Origin: Candidatus Bathyarchaeota archaeon | GTDB taxonomy: Archaea > Thermoproteota > Bathyarchaeia > Bathyarchaeales > Bathycorpusculaceae | Direction of reading: 5' to 3' | Assembly (NCBI GenBank): GCA_963828195.1 | Contig: CAWHDT010000005.1 | Location: 364,923 to 428,922 of the forward strand | Length of the DNA stretch: 64,000 nt | The notes under the pieces: generated by a model | Database searches by the model: none | What the model was told of the DNA's origin: nothing | The model's input: the letters and a program-made list of their open reading frames with translations, nothing else | Part shown: one piece after another, positions 1-8,752 of the stretch | Layout: each line of letters starts with the position of its first letter | Numbering within the stretch: the first letter of the stretch is position 1 | Program-made: the position numbers and the translations under genes

Positions 1-1
1 T

Positions 2-964
2 TCTTCGCTAATAGCTGCTATCGCTTCGAAGTTCAGAAAGAAGAGGGTTGAATCTGGCGACAAAGAGGAAGCATGGTGGCCACGTTTGCACTCATTCGCA
101 GTGGGTTTGACGGACTCGCCTGACCTGAAATACGCAAAGAAGGTTGCCGACTACATTGGAACCGTGCATCATGAAATAATTTTCACTATACAGGAAGGTT
201 TTGACGCGATAGAGGATGTAATCTACCATTTGGAAACATTTGATGTTACCACTATTCGTGCTGCTACACCGATGTATTTGATGGCTAGAAAAATAAAATC
301 TATGGGTATCAAAATGGTCTTATCCGGTGAAGGCGCAGACGAAGTATTTGGCGGATACCTGTATTTCCATAAAGCACCAAATAAACAGGAATTCTACGAA
401 GAAACAGTAAGAAAACTATTCTTGCTAAGCAAATATGATTGCCTGCGAGCAAACAAAGCAACCGCTGCTTGGGGCGTTGAAACACGGGTGCCTTTTTTAG
501 ATAAGGAGTTTTTGGATTTTGCCATGGGCTTTGATCCACAAGAGAAAATGTGCTCAGGTGGCAAAATCGAAAAATATGTGTTGAGAAAAGCGTTTGAAGG
601 CTACATTCCTGACGAGATTCTTTGGAGACAAAAAGAGCAGTTCTCCGACGGCGTTGGCTACGGATGGATAGACTACCTCAAAAAATACGCCGAAAGCGCA
701 GTAACAGATGCAATGATGGCGAACGCTAAACTTAAGTTCTCTACACAAACGCCATCATCAAAAGAGGAATATTACTACAGACAGATATTTGACAGCTACT
801 TTACATGTCCCACTGCCGCATTAACTGTTCCTGTGGGTCCAACAATTGCCTGTTCCACCCCAACGGCCTTCAGATGGAGCAAAGAATTTGCAAAAATGGC
901 CGACCCATCAGGCAGATCCGTCAAAGAACACAACCAAACATTAACCGAAAACAAGAAACAATAA
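2..964 (+). CDS. asnB: asparagine synthase (glutamine-hydrolysing), C-terminal synthetase part; 5' end lies outside the window
   Basis: The frame is open from base 2 (SSLIAAIASKF...), upstream of the TTG at 86 used by the ORF track. AsnB-type motifs are present: LSGEGADEVFGGYLYFH and DCLRANKATAAWGVETRVPFLD. Confidence 0.85.
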   Translation, partial: SSLIAAIASKFRKKRVESGDKEEAWWPRLHSFAVGLTDSPDLKYAKKVADYIGTVHHEIIFTIQEGFDAIEDVIYHLETFDVTTIRAATPMYLMARKIKSMGIKMVLSGEGADEVFGGYLYFHKAPNKQEFYEETVRKLFLLSKYDCLRANKATAAWGVETRVPFLDKEFLDFAMGFDPQEKMCSGGKIEKYVLRKAFEGYIPDEILWRQKEQFSDGVGYGWIDYLKKYAESAVTDAMMANAKLKFSTQTPSSKEEYYYRQIFDSYFTCPTAALTVPVGPTIACSTPTAFRWSKEFAKMADPSGRSVKEHNQTLTENKKQ

Positions 965-1156
965 TCCAAACTCTCACCCCAACACGAATGGATCGATGGA
1001 ATTTTCTCTTGCCTCATTAATTGCTGTCAAAAACGATTAACTTTAGCAACCGCCTGTTTCACTAATTCTTTCGATGTTCTATAAAAACTATTTTCGTTTT
1101 ATCTGCTGAAAAGTTAAAAAAAGTTTGAAGTTTTTATAAGTTTCGTGCCCTTGAAG

Positions 1157-1399
1157 CTACATCGGTAATAGCACAATGGAGGTTTCTGTTCGGATGACGT
1201 TGGGGTCTTTTTCAATTATTTTGTAAACGACTTGGTTTATGTCTTCAAGTTCTGGAGCTTCCAAAATTATTATTGCGTCGTATCGACCGAAGATGGCATC
1301 CGCAGATAATATGCAGGTTCCTTTGACTTTGCCTTTTATTCTTTTAACGACTTCTAATGATGTACCTGGTTTGGTGCTTAATAATATGTAGGCTTTCAA
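1157..1399 (-). CDS. stand-alone Lrp/AsnC-type RAM (ligand-binding) domain protein, no HTH
   Basis: 80 aa. It has the pattern MKAYILL...V...I..V.GV....AIFGRYDAIIILEA...D....V..I..-P.V..T.T typical of AsnC_trans_reg domains. Paralogous to 16969..17493 and 31727..32008. Confidence 0.6.
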   Translation of the reverse strand: MKAYILLSTKPGTSLEVVKRIKGKVKGTCILSADAIFGRYDAIIILEAPELEDINQVVYKIIEKDPNVIRTETSIVLLPM

Positions 1400-1666
1400 T
1401 TTTTTTTACCTCTTCGTTTTTAAATACCTGATTAAAGAATAAAGTAAGTAATCTTTTTTCCACACATATAAATCTTGTTTAGACATATGTTTAACTTTTA
1501 AGAATAAATATGAACAAAGCACAACTATATTTAAATTCAGCTATACATCCATCTCATCATAAAATAAAATGGTGAAAAAATGTTTGGAATAATTGATATG
1601 GCTTCAATAGGCATGATCTTAGAACACAGGGGGGATTAAGCAGCGAATAGGCAAGAGGCAGTTTCG

Positions 1667-1873
1667 TTGTTGAAGGAATTAATGACTGATTGTGACTCAT
1701 TCCATACCGCCAAAGCTGTTTCGGTAGAATCTAACAGGGCAGACGATAATTGGCAACTTAATCTTAGCTGGGTGCCTTACCCAACAGAAAACGAGTGCCT
1801 CAAAAAAATCGTTACTGAGCACGGTTTAGAAATGCTAACGTCAAATGAAAGAACAATTTTTCGCTCAGTCTAA
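1667..1873 (+). CDS. hypothetical small protein
   Basis: ORF only (TTG start). No recognisable motifs. Confidence 0.2.
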   Translation: MLKELMTDCDSFHTAKAVSVESNRADDNWQLNLSWVPYPTENECLKKIVTEHGLEMLTSNERTIFRSV

Positions 1874-2214
1874 CGCTTTTTTTGAAATTGGTTTTATAAC
1901 CCGCGAGGTTAACCTTGATAAACGACTCGAGTTTCTATTTAAAAGATATAGTTTCAATAGCGTTTTTTCAAATCTCGTTTATTGAGGGTTTATACCAACT
2001 TTCGGCTGACAACCTCTTTCTCATGTTCAGCAAGATGACGCGCATCCGAATATACCTAAAAAAAAGTTTATTTTAATAATTGCGTAGTTACGGGATTCAA
2101 CCGCTATTTTTTCTGGTTCTGATGGATGAGTTTTAAATAGAACTTGACTTTTCCGTTTTTCTTTAAAGTCCTTCGAAGATAGAATCTTAATCAAAGATGA
2201 TTTAGCACCTCAAA

Positions 2215-2254
2215 TGGAACGGCCCGATGGAATTTGAACCCATCACTTGCAGCC
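2215..2254 (-). other. tRNA 3'-half-like fragment (T-arm plus 3' acceptor strand), no matching 5' half nearby
   Basis: The minus strand reads GGCTGCAAGTG-ATGGG-TTCAAAT-TCCAT-CGGGCCG-TTCCA. That is a T-stem/loop and a 7-nt acceptor strand. No complementary CGGCCCG lies within ~150 nt upstream. Confidence 0.3.
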
Positions 2255-2472
2255 TTTCATATTTTTCTGCAGACAGCTTTGGTTTAGATGACAATTCAGC
2301 GCCTTGCAATCTCTCGAAACATTTGTTCCCAATTTGAAATTTCACTTTATTTTTGGTGCAAGAAAAAACCACTTGTTAAACAAAGAATTTAACTTGTCGG
2401 AGAAAGCCGCTTGCGAGACAAAATCTCGCCTAATAAGCTATTTGCGCCTAAAAACATCCACAAAAAGAAACA

Positions 2473-2577
2473 GGAAGAAGAAGAAGAAAAATTGTTTTCA
2501 CCAGCTTCTTCTTCTTTTAAAAAAATATCGCCGAGAAGAACAACATTTGAATTTCGGGTGTTGTTGTTCTTTCAAAA
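2473..2577 (+). repeat. hairpin repeat family, copy A (module 1 at 2473-2523 plus module 2 at 2534-2577)
   Basis: Module 1 is GGAAGAAGAAGAAGAAAAATTGTTTTCACCAGCTTCTTCTTCTTTTAAAAA, identical to 54845-54895. Module 2 is AGAAGAACAACATTTGAATTTCGGGTGTTGTTGTTCTTTCAAAA, near-identical to 54933-54977. Each module is a 12-13 bp stem-loop. Confidence 0.85.
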
Positions 2578-2632
2578 TTCAAAATTAATGACAAAATTCC
2601 GCTACAAAGAGCGACACGCGACAACATAAAAT

Positions 2633-2832
2633 GGAGCTTATATCGCTCTGGAACAGCTCCGAGTTTTAAGGGTACAATTTGGGTATACGTGTCAGTGACC
2701 TAAGTTGAACCCGTGTGCTGAGGCTAAGTGGGCAGATTCGGGGCAGCTACAATGGCGCTGGTATATATGAATGTCAACCTAAAATTTTAGGTCTAAATAG
2801 CACACTGGAGCCTAAAACACCGGTCACTGTGC
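2633..2832. ncRNA. candidate structured RNA region (family unknown)
   Basis: GC-richer intergenic block with nested complementary segments: CAGTGACC 2693-2700 / GGTCACTG 2822-2829 and GTGTGCT 2713-2719 / AGCACAC 2799-2805. Local hairpins: GGAGCT 2633-2638 / AGCTCC 2655-2660 and ACCTAAAATTTTAGGT. No credible ORF. Confidence 0.2.
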
Positions 2833-2858
2833 AGGTTCTAAGCCAATTTAGAAAGCAT

Positions 2859-3338
2859 CTATTTTAGTTTCTTTACTGATTCGTTGGCTTTTTCAAGCTC
2901 TTTTCTTTTCTGCGCTTGATAACTCTTAACTTTCTCAGCCATCTCGGCATCGCTAAGCGCAAAAATTTTCGCAACCGCAATCGCCGCTCCTTCAGGCTCA
3001 ATTGTAACCACGGAGCCTATGCCGCTTGGTACTCTTAGCGAGGAGACGATGTCTGCTCCGCCGAATTTCTCGCTGTAAGGTGGGCATGCGATGACTGGTT
3101 TGGAGGTGTTGCCGTCTATGAATGCGCTCAGCGCGTTTGAGCGTCCTGCGACGGTGACGTAGACTATTTTTTCGTTTTCGGATTCTTTTATTATTTCAAT
3201 GACTTTCTCGGGGTTTTTGTGTGCAGAAGCAACTCGGAACTCGTAGCTGACGCCTAAAAGCTTTAGGTATTTGGCTATTTCTCGGGAAAAATCCAGATCC
3301 CGCTCGGAACCCATAACAATTAACGCTTTTCCAGACAT
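2859..3338 (-). CDS. purE: PurE-family AIR carboxylase / N5-CAIR mutase (class II-like AGRSNALS motif)
   Basis: Motifs ALIVMGSERDL, VASAHKNPEKV and VAGRSNALSAFIDGNTSKPVIACPP. The ATG at 3338 is preferred over the TTG at 3359. Confidence 0.75.
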   Translation of the reverse strand: MSGKALIVMGSERDLDFSREIAKYLKLLGVSYEFRVASAHKNPEKVIEIIKESENEKIVYVTVAGRSNALSAFIDGNTSKPVIACPPYSEKFGGADIVSSLRVPSGIGSVVTIEPEGAAIAVAKIFALSDAEMAEKVKSYQAQKRKELEKANESVKKLK

Positions 3339-3436
3339 AACCGGTTTCCCAATAAACAAACAAAAAACAAGCTAATTAACTAAACTGTTTAAACAGCTTC
3401 GATAAAACTAACTACCCCCGTTTTTCAAAGAAAAGC

Positions 3437-3925
3437 CTAAGCAAGCAAACCGAGCAAAATCTTCGTTAAACGTTCGGTAGCCGCTTGAACTTCAGCGGTT
3501 AAGCCTTCACCGAACTCTACGCTTTTCGGTTCAATTAATAGTAACGCAATTTTTGCTCCAGTTGCCTGCTTGACGTAATCGCAGAAAATCCGCAGAGGCA
3601 GATAATGCGTTGTAATAGCCGAAAAATCCGTGAACTTTTCAGCGTCCACAAGGCTGGCTTCCCCAGGCTTTAAACCTACAAAGGCAGCGTCAATCAACAG
3701 CACATGCGAAGGATGAAACTCCTCTATTTCTAGCAGGTAGCTTTCGGGAACCGTTTCGGCCTCCAGTAGAAGAACAGTTTCTGGCAACTTACCTTGCAGT
3801 TGCTCAACGACTTTCAATCCTACATAATCGTCTAAGCGTATGGGGTTGCCTATTCCAGCTATGACAGTTTTCTTGGCGTCTGCAAACCAGTTTTTGAGCT
3901 TTTTTTCGATTTCCTCAGGCATCAA
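3437..3925 (-). CDS. [NiFe] hydrogenase maturation endopeptidase (HycI/FrhD/HoxW family)
   Basis: Motifs VIAGIGNPIRLDDYVGLKVVEQL, HVLLIDAA and ITTHYLPL. Lies next to mvhAG. Confidence 0.8.
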   Translation of the reverse strand: MMPEEIEKKLKNWFADAKKTVIAGIGNPIRLDDYVGLKVVEQLQGKLPETVLLLEAETVPESYLLEIEEFHPSHVLLIDAAFVGLKPGEASLVDAEKFTDFSAITTHYLPLRIFCDYVKQATGAKIALLLIEPKSVEFGEGLTAEVQAATERLTKILLGLLA

Positions 3926-4002
3926 CGCACCAGCACAATTGAATTAAGGCTTAAAGATAGAAAAAGTTTACCACAGCTACATCATGAAAGCTTTAGAGCC
4001 GA

Positions 4003-4512
4003 CTAATTGTGGGTTAATGTTTGGCACCACGTAGCGATTTGCTTTTCAGATGCCTCTTTATCAGCCAAAGGGCTGATCATCGAGAGTTCGCCGATGCAGG
4101 TGGAGTTCGGCATCAAAGCTTTAGTCTGCTCAATACCCTGAGGTTTTTTCCCTCCCTGTGCAAAGAAAACAGCAACCTTCTTGCCCGAAAAGTCGTTTTT
4201 CTTCAAGTAAGTGCGAATGGCAGGGGTTGGTTGACCAGCCCAGACAGGAGTCCCAACGATTACTAAGTCGTAGGCGGCAGGTAACTTCGCGGTTGGAGCT
4301 ATCTTGGTTCCTTTGCCAAATCTAGCAGCAAAACCGCTGCTGAGAAAACCGAATGTGCCACTTCGTTTTTTCAGGTTGACAACTTCTTCGATGTCAGCAC
4401 CGACCTCCGCCGCTATGGTTTCAGCGACGAAGCGTGCGTTGCCGGTTCGCGAATAGTAAACGACAAGACTCTTCAATTTTATTTCCAACCAATAGAGCGT
4501 ATTGAAAAGCAT
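4003..4512 (-). CDS. flavodoxin
   Basis: Motifs SLVVYYSRTGNARFVAE and VIVGTPVWAGQPTPAIRTYL. The true start may be the TTG at 4476 (MKSLVVYY). Confidence 0.7.
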   Translation of the reverse strand: MLFNTLYWLEIKLKSLVVYYSRTGNARFVAETIAAEVGADIEEVVNLKKRSGTFGFLSSGFAARFGKGTKIAPTAKLPAAYDLVIVGTPVWAGQPTPAIRTYLKKNDFSGKKVAVFFAQGGKKPQGIEQTKALMPNSTCIGELSMISPLADKEASEKQIATWCQTLTHN

Positions 4513-4594
4513 TTGCTTATAAAATTTGCCTCGAATAAAATGTAGCCATCATTCAAATAAACAAAAAAAGATTGCCCGTGAAAAAAGGGCTAAA

Positions 4595-6049
4595 TTAACG
4601 GCTTACTGAACTGACGAGGGTTTTCTGTGCATTGAAGACTTCGACGGTAAGCGGCATTTTTCCGAAGGCAGCGTGTGTTGCGCATCCGAAGCATGGGTCG
4701 TAGGCTCTGAAAGCCATTTCAACCATGTTTAGTATGCCTTGGTTGACTTTGCCGTTGTGGATTAAGCCTTTGGCTGCGTCACGTATGCTCATGCAGATTG
4801 CTGGGTAATTGTTGGTGGTTGCAACGATCAGGTTTACGTCTTTGACCAGTGCGTCTTTGTCGAGTGTGTAGTGGTGAATAAGTGTGCCTCTTGCTGCTTC
4901 GACGATTCCGACGCCTTCCCCTGGTTCGCCGGGGGTGTTGCGGACGTTTGTGCTGGTGATTTCTGGGTCTTTAACCAGCTCCATGGTTCTTTCTGTGGCG
5001 TAGAGCAACTCAATTAATCGTGCCCAGTGGAAAGCCAATGTGCTGTGAACTGGTTTGCCACCCAGTGTCTTGTACATTACTTCATATTCAGCTTGAGCTA
5101 AAGGCGTAGCCATGCCTTCAGAAGCGTTTAATCGTCCAAGTGGACCCACACGGTAAACGCCACTGTCTGCGCCTGCGACCTGTCCTTTCCAGCCGACTGC
5201 TTTGAGGTATGGGAACTTGCTGTATGTCCATTCTTCAACGTGTTCGCCAATGTGTTTAAGGTAATCTTTTGACTCGAACTTTAGGAATTCTTTGCCAGAT
5301 GGATCGACAACGCGGATTTTACCGTCGTAAAAGTTGATTTTGTTGTTTTCGTCAACTGTGCCCATGTAGTAAGTTGGCATTGTGTACGCTGGGCTTTTGA
5401 TCAGGTTGACGTATTGGGTGTTGCCGAGTACGATGTCGTGGAAGATTTTAAGTGTGAACTGTGCAAAGTTTATGCATGAAACAGTCATTTTCTCTATTTC
5501 TTGCCTGTTTTCTTCGCTCAGCGGTTTGGAGATTCCGCCGGGCAGCCCACAGACCGGGTGAGTTGCTTTTCCGCCGATGATTTCAGTTATTTTTTGTCCG
5601 TATGCTCTGTGTTTTATTACTTCTTTTGCTACTGGCAGACCTGCTTTCTCGATGACGCCGAGTATGTTGCGTTTTTCTGGCGGTGCGTCTGGTCCAACGA
5701 TGAAGTCTGGTCCGCCGAGGAAGTAGAAGTGCAGTATGTGGTCGTAGATGTAGTAGCCAGTGTACATTAGTTCGCGGAGTTTCTTTGCGGCTGAGGGTGG
5801 TTCAACATTAAATGCTGCGTCCAAGGCTTTTACTGCTGCGTAATGGTGAGCTACTGGACAAACACCGCAGATTCTTGTTGTAAGCTGAGGCATGAGTTCT
5901 GCTCGTCTGCCAATACAGAATTTTTCGAAGCCTCTTAACTCTGGAATTTTAAGGTATGCGTTTTCTACTTCGCCTTGGTCATTGAGGAATATGGATACGT
6001 TTCCGTGTCCTTCAAGCCGTGTGATTGGGTCTATAACTATTTCTTTCAT
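4595..6049 (-). CDS. mvhA: [NiFe] hydrogenase large subunit, Mvh-type (group 3c-like)
   Basis: N-terminal RLEGHG and RICGVCPVAHHYA. C-terminal DPCFGCATHA followed by a cleavable tail. 4-nt overlap with mvhG. Confidence 0.88.
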   Translation of the reverse strand: MKEIVIDPITRLEGHGNVSIFLNDQGEVENAYLKIPELRGFEKFCIGRRAELMPQLTTRICGVCPVAHHYAAVKALDAAFNVEPPSAAKKLRELMYTGYYIYDHILHFYFLGGPDFIVGPDAPPEKRNILGVIEKAGLPVAKEVIKHRAYGQKITEIIGGKATHPVCGLPGGISKPLSEENRQEIEKMTVSCINFAQFTLKIFHDIVLGNTQYVNLIKSPAYTMPTYYMGTVDENNKINFYDGKIRVVDPSGKEFLKFESKDYLKHIGEHVEEWTYSKFPYLKAVGWKGQVAGADSGVYRVGPLGRLNASEGMATPLAQAEYEVMYKTLGGKPVHSTLAFHWARLIELLYATERTMELVKDPEITSTNVRNTPGEPGEGVGIVEAARGTLIHHYTLDKDALVKDVNLIVATTNNYPAICMSIRDAAKGLIHNGKVNQGILNMVEMAFRAYDPCFGCATHAAFGKMPLTVEVFNAQKTLVSSVSR

Positions 6050-7035
6050 TTTTTAATCACCTTTCTTTTTAGAATCGAGTTTGGAAGAGAATACATGTAG
6101 AATGTGCCAACGGGATCTTTCACTTGTCTCATCAAAGTCTCAATCTCTTCTTCAGTATATTTTTCTTTCCCTGATTCACCATCGTAGCCAAGAATGGAAG
6201 CCAGAGCAGAAATCATCGCTGCACCTTGCTCGGGCACATTCGGCGCTGGACCCCCACAACCTGTACAGGGCATATCAACTTTTAGGCATTGAGCCCCGCA
6301 GCCACTCCGGGTCGCGAGTCCCATGCAGATAATTCCTTGTTCAAGAAGACATTTTTCTGGTTCTGGAGTTTTCTCGTAGACTCGATAGATTTTGCCGATT
6401 TTTTTGTTTTCGCGTTTCCTTGGGCATTCATCACATACTGCTTTTAGTGGAGCGAGCACTGAGCCTTTTGGCGGCAGCTTGTTGCTTGCTATTGCATCTA
6501 CTGCGCCTGCAATTAGCTTGACTGGTGGCGGGCAACCTGGGAGGAAATAGTCTACGTCAACTGTTTGCGCCAAGGTTTTTACTGTGTCGTAAAATTCGGG
6601 AATTTTGAGGGTGCCTTCTTTAACTTGGGTTTGAGTTTTAGGTGTGGTAGCTTGCGGATTGATGTTTGATTTGTCCGTTATGTAGACTTGATCAAAAATT
6701 TCTTGTTTATTGTTTAAGTTTGCTAATCCAGGTACGCATCCTTCGTGGGCGCATGATCCGAATGCGACAAGGGTTTTTGATTTTTCTCTGAGCATTTTAG
6801 CCATGTGTTCTTGTTCGGAGTTACGTATTGAACCGTTAAAAAATGTGATGTCAATATATTTGTCAGGCATCGCTTCGACATCTTTGTATTTGACGTCGAT
6901 GGCTACAGGCCAAAACACGATGTCGGCTAATGCTACTACATCAAGGATTCTTTCGTTCAGGTCTAAGACGGCTATTTCGCAACCGCCGCAACTAGCAGCC
7001 CAGTAAAAGGCTATTTTTAACTTGTTTTTACTCAT
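6046..7035 (-). CDS. mvhG: [NiFe] hydrogenase small subunit, Mvh-type
   Basis: Motifs YWAASCGGCEIAVLDL, FGSCAHEGC, LPGCPP and the Cys-rich distal cluster region CMGLATRSGCGAQCLKVDMPCTGCGGP. Confidence 0.85.
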   Translation of the reverse strand: MSKNKLKIAFYWAASCGGCEIAVLDLNERILDVVALADIVFWPVAIDVKYKDVEAMPDKYIDITFFNGSIRNSEQEHMAKMLREKSKTLVAFGSCAHEGCVPGLANLNNKQEIFDQVYITDKSNINPQATTPKTQTQVKEGTLKIPEFYDTVKTLAQTVDVDYFLPGCPPPVKLIAGAVDAIASNKLPPKGSVLAPLKAVCDECPRKRENKKIGKIYRVYEKTPEPEKCLLEQGIICMGLATRSGCGAQCLKVDMPCTGCGGPAPNVPEQGAAMISALASILGYDGESGKEKYTEEEIETLMRQVKDPVGTFYMYSLPNSILKRKVIKK

Positions 7036-7924
7036 TTTTGTTTGCTCCCTCAGTTACTTGTTTTAGTATTTTTGATGCATTTACTCGGAGTTCGTTGAAG
7101 GCTAATTCTTCAGGGGTTAAACCCATTGCTAACCCGAGCAGTTGTGGGTAATGAAGAATTGGAATGCCATATGTTTCATTAAACGTTTTCTCTATTCTTA
7201 ACTCGTTAGTATCATACATTATGTGGCAAAACGGGCAAATTGTGATCAATGCTTGAGCATCCACCATTTTTACGTGGTTTAGCTTGTCTCTTGCAAGTTG
7301 CAACGCAATTTTGTCGCTGACTCCCACGCTTGGAGCACCACAGCACTCAGTTTCGTCAATGTAATCCAAGCAGGTGGCTCCCGTTGCTTCGATAAGAGTT
7401 TTTAGTGTTTGCGGGTCTTCTGGGTTATCAAAGCCAATGTATTCCTGTGGTCTCAGAATGTGGCAGCCATTGTGCTCAGCTACTTTTAGCGAAGTAAGAG
7501 GTCTGACGACGGAGGCTCTTATTTTTTCTAAACCCACATCTTCCTTGAGGAACTGCAACAAGTGTTTTGTTTCAATGGTTCCTTTGAATTCCAATCCTAC
7601 TTCTTTTAGATGGCAATTAATTTGCTCTTTTAATGCTTTGTCTTCTTTGAGGATTTTATTCACTTTCTTAAGTGTGCCCGCGCAGCCTGGACACAGAGTA
7701 AGTATATTTAGGCCCTGCTGCTCTGCCAACGCCAAATTCTTTGCAGCCAAAATAAGCATAGTTTCATGGCTTACTGGATCTAAAGGTAAACCGCAACAGT
7801 TGAATTCGGGCATTTCAACAAGTTCAACGCCAAGTTTCGCAAGGACTTTACGGGCAGAAATCTCGTAGGCTGAGACACGATAGGGAATAGCACAACCAAG
7901 GAAAATCAGGTATTTATTGGGCAT
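7028..7924 (-). CDS. hdrB: heterodisulfide reductase subunit B (two CCG domains)
   Basis: Motifs FNCCGLP, LTLCPGCAGTL, ECCGAP and ICPFCH. The ATG at 7924 (MPNKYLIFLGC) matches the N-terminus of the paralogue. Confidence 0.85.
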   Translation of the reverse strand: MPNKYLIFLGCAIPYRVSAYEISARKVLAKLGVELVEMPEFNCCGLPLDPVSHETMLILAAKNLALAEQQGLNILTLCPGCAGTLKKVNKILKEDKALKEQINCHLKEVGLEFKGTIETKHLLQFLKEDVGLEKIRASVVRPLTSLKVAEHNGCHILRPQEYIGFDNPEDPQTLKTLIEATGATCLDYIDETECCGAPSVGVSDKIALQLARDKLNHVKMVDAQALITICPFCHIMYDTNELRIEKTFNETYGIPILHYPQLLGLAMGLTPEELAFNELRVNASKILKQVTEGANKNE

Positions 7925-8471
7925 TCGGTTGTTCTCCAACTGGTTTTTGGATGGTCTCAACGAATTTTACGCCTTTGAGCGCTTTACGGACTTTTTCGGC
8001 GTCGCCTTTCGGTAGGGGTGGTAAACCTTGGGATTCACGTTTTTTAATTCTTAACTCGGGAATCTTGAAAGCATAGCCTGATTCGAGAAGACTTGCAGCT
8101 TGCTCTTTGAAGACTTGCGGTACGCAGCCTTTTTCTACTGCTAGATTGCGGAAAACTCGGATTACGCTTGCCACTTCAACGTCTTGTGGGCAGCGGTCTG
8201 TGCATGTGAAGCATGCTGCGCATAACCATAATGTTTCACTTTTGAGCACTCGGTCGCGAAGCCCAAGTTGAGCCATATGGATCAGCGTTCGTGGGCGGTA
8301 ACTGTCGCTGTACCTTGCAACTGGACAGTCTGAGGTGCATGTTCCACATTGGAAGCATTTGAGAATTTTTTCGCTTCCATGCATTTTGACCAGTTCATAC
8401 TTAAATTTCGGGTCTAACTCGGAAGCTCTTATAGGCTCTTTGCCTGATGATGTTTGGGCTGTCTCAGTCAT
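7914..8471 (-). CDS. hdrC: heterodisulfide reductase subunit C (2x[4Fe-4S])
   Basis: Motifs [13 protein letters not shown] and CAACFTCTDRCPQ. Confidence 0.85.
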   Translation of the reverse strand: MTETAQTSSGKEPIRASELDPKFKYELVKMHGSEKILKCFQCGTCTSDCPVARYSDSYRPRTLIHMAQLGLRDRVLKSETLWLCAACFTCTDRCPQDVEVASVIRVFRNLAVEKGCVPQVFKEQAASLLESGYAFKIPELRIKKRESQGLPPLPKGDAEKVRKALKGVKFVETIQKPVGEQPNAQ

Positions 8472-8752
8472 TTTATAATTCGCCTTGACTGGTAAGGAAG
8501 CGCCTTACATGCTTATTCACCCAAAATGCCCGACTCAACCATTTAAATCTTCAGTAAACACCGACGTTTTTCTTCCATGTTCCCAGTCTTGATGCCTTAA
8601 ACAAGAAAGCTTGGCATATTGAGCCGTGGGCTAAATCCGAAAGTGCGTTTAACATGCTCTAAAAAGAAGGGTCTACCTATGAAGGGGTCTAGTATTTACA
8701 CCAAAAAACCAACACAAATATGGAACTAAAAGAAAGAGTGAAGGGAAACGGT

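Noticed and set aside
2473-2577. Possibility that the GAAGAA/CTTCTT hairpin repeats or the TTGCGACTTT decamers are CRISPR arrays.
   Set aside because: There is no regular repeat-spacer periodicity. The copies are dispersed over 57 kb or irregularly spaced, and no cas genes are in the window.
7374-7868. Long antisense ORFs inside well-supported genes. Examples: 7374..7868, 18974..19387, 42440..42922, 28244..28648, 54055..54528, 58068..58454, 40769..41107.
   Set aside because: Each lies entirely within, and opposite to, a gene with strong family motifs. Their translations are low-complexity or Ser/Cys/Arg-rich, as expected for shadow frames. They have no independent start context.
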